NCBI RefSeq assembly: GCF_032444005.1
Contig: NC_091282.1
Span: forward strand, 218,550,001 to 218,614,000
Source of the DNA: Ranitomeya imitator
Taxonomy: Eukaryota
Direction of reading: 5' to 3'
Length of the DNA stretch: 64,000 bases
Position numbers and translations under genes: made by a program. The notes under the pieces are model-generated. The model did no database searches. It was not told where the DNA came from and saw only the letters and a list, made by a program, of their open reading frames with translations. Positions within the stretch are counted from its first letter, which is position 1, and every line of letters starts with the position of its first letter. Shown piece by piece: positions 63,158 through 64,000 of this stretch.

Positions 63158-64000
63158 TTGAGACCCCAACACTTTTATTTTCACAAGGGTAACAAAAGTG
63201 GACCCCAAACTTTTTTGTGCAATTTCTCCTAAGCATGCCGATACCCTATTTGTGGGTGAAAACTACTGTTTAGGAGCATGACACGGCACGGAAGGGAAAG
63301 AGCCCCACTTGACTTTTTTTAATGCAAAATTGGCTGAAATCAAGAGCATATGCTGTGTTTCATTTGGACAGCCCCTGATGTGCTCAAACAGTAGAAACCT
63401 CCCACAAGTGACCACATTTTGGAAACTAGACCCCTCAAGGAACTTATCTAGATGCATGGTGAGCACTTTGAACCCCCAAGGGCTTAAAAAATGTATAATG
63501 TTGAGACATGAAAATAGAAAATCTAATTTTTTCCACAAGAATATTCTTTCAGCACCAAATGTTTTATGTCACAAGGGTAACAGCAGATAATGGACCTCAA
63601 AAATTGTGCAATTTCTCCTCAGTACGTCGGTACCCCATATCCGGGGTTAAACTACTGTTTTGGTACATGGCATGGCTTGGAAGGGAAGAAGCACTATTTG
63701 ACTTTTTGAACACAAAATTGGCTGGAAACATTAGCGTTTGGAAAGCCCCTGATGTGCCTAAACAGTGGAAACCCCCCACAAAAGATGCCATTTTTTAAAC
63801 TAGATCACTCAATGAATGTATGTAGAGGTGTGGCGAGCACCTCGAACATCGGGTGATTAACAGAAGTTTATAATGTGAAGCTGTGAAAATAAATAAAATC
63901 AAATTTTTCCCATAAAAATGTTCTATTAGCATTAAATTTTTCATTTTCACAAGAGTAACAGGAGAAATGCGCCTTATAATTTGTTGGGCAATTTCTCCTA
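63158..64000. mobile_element. Further piggyBac-like non-autonomous sequence, inverted relative to 61400-62400, running off the window
   Basis: gtgcctaaacagtggaaacccccca at about 63755 is the reverse complement of ggggtttccactgtttaggcac at about 61400. Confidence 0.65.

Noticed and set aside
22941-64000. Expected preceding EGF exon (…GPNRCAC…GPQCER) and, below 14252, the next cbEGF exon
   Set aside because: Not found by eye in either interval; they probably lie outside the window, though a missed short exon cannot be excluded without alignment.
1-64000. Apparent sense-strand bias of retroelement insertions
   Set aside because: The CR1s and two Gypsy elements are sense to the gene, but other Gypsy, solo LTR and L2 copies are antisense; numbers are too small.

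Overview
Vertebrate (anuran-like, inferred from the repeat families) genomic DNA lying entirely inside a fibrillin gene, best match FBN2, on the minus strand. Only two exons fall in the window: the 198-bp first hybrid-domain exon (22743-22940) and the following 126-bp cbEGF exon (14252-14377). The rest is intron, heavily filled with nested transposons. These include a young full-length chromodomain-bearing Gypsy element inside a solo LTR, three other Gypsy relics, further solo LTRs, Tc1 elements (one with an open DD34E transposase), CR1 and L2 LINEs, a non-autonomous Helitron, and hAT-, Harbinger-, Kolobok- and piggyBac-like MITEs. The most interesting signal is RNA-structural. There is a satellite-2/retrozyme-like 348-bp unit with a canonical-core type I hammerhead ribozyme and an octamer motif (57396-57923). 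There is also a series of Penelope-type remnants carrying minimal hammerhead motifs, some with non-canonical cores (U3:A8 covariant; CCGUAGA), three of them stacked as palindromes in one (TCTA)n tract. Family names are assigned by eye from termini, TSDs and motifs, not by database search.
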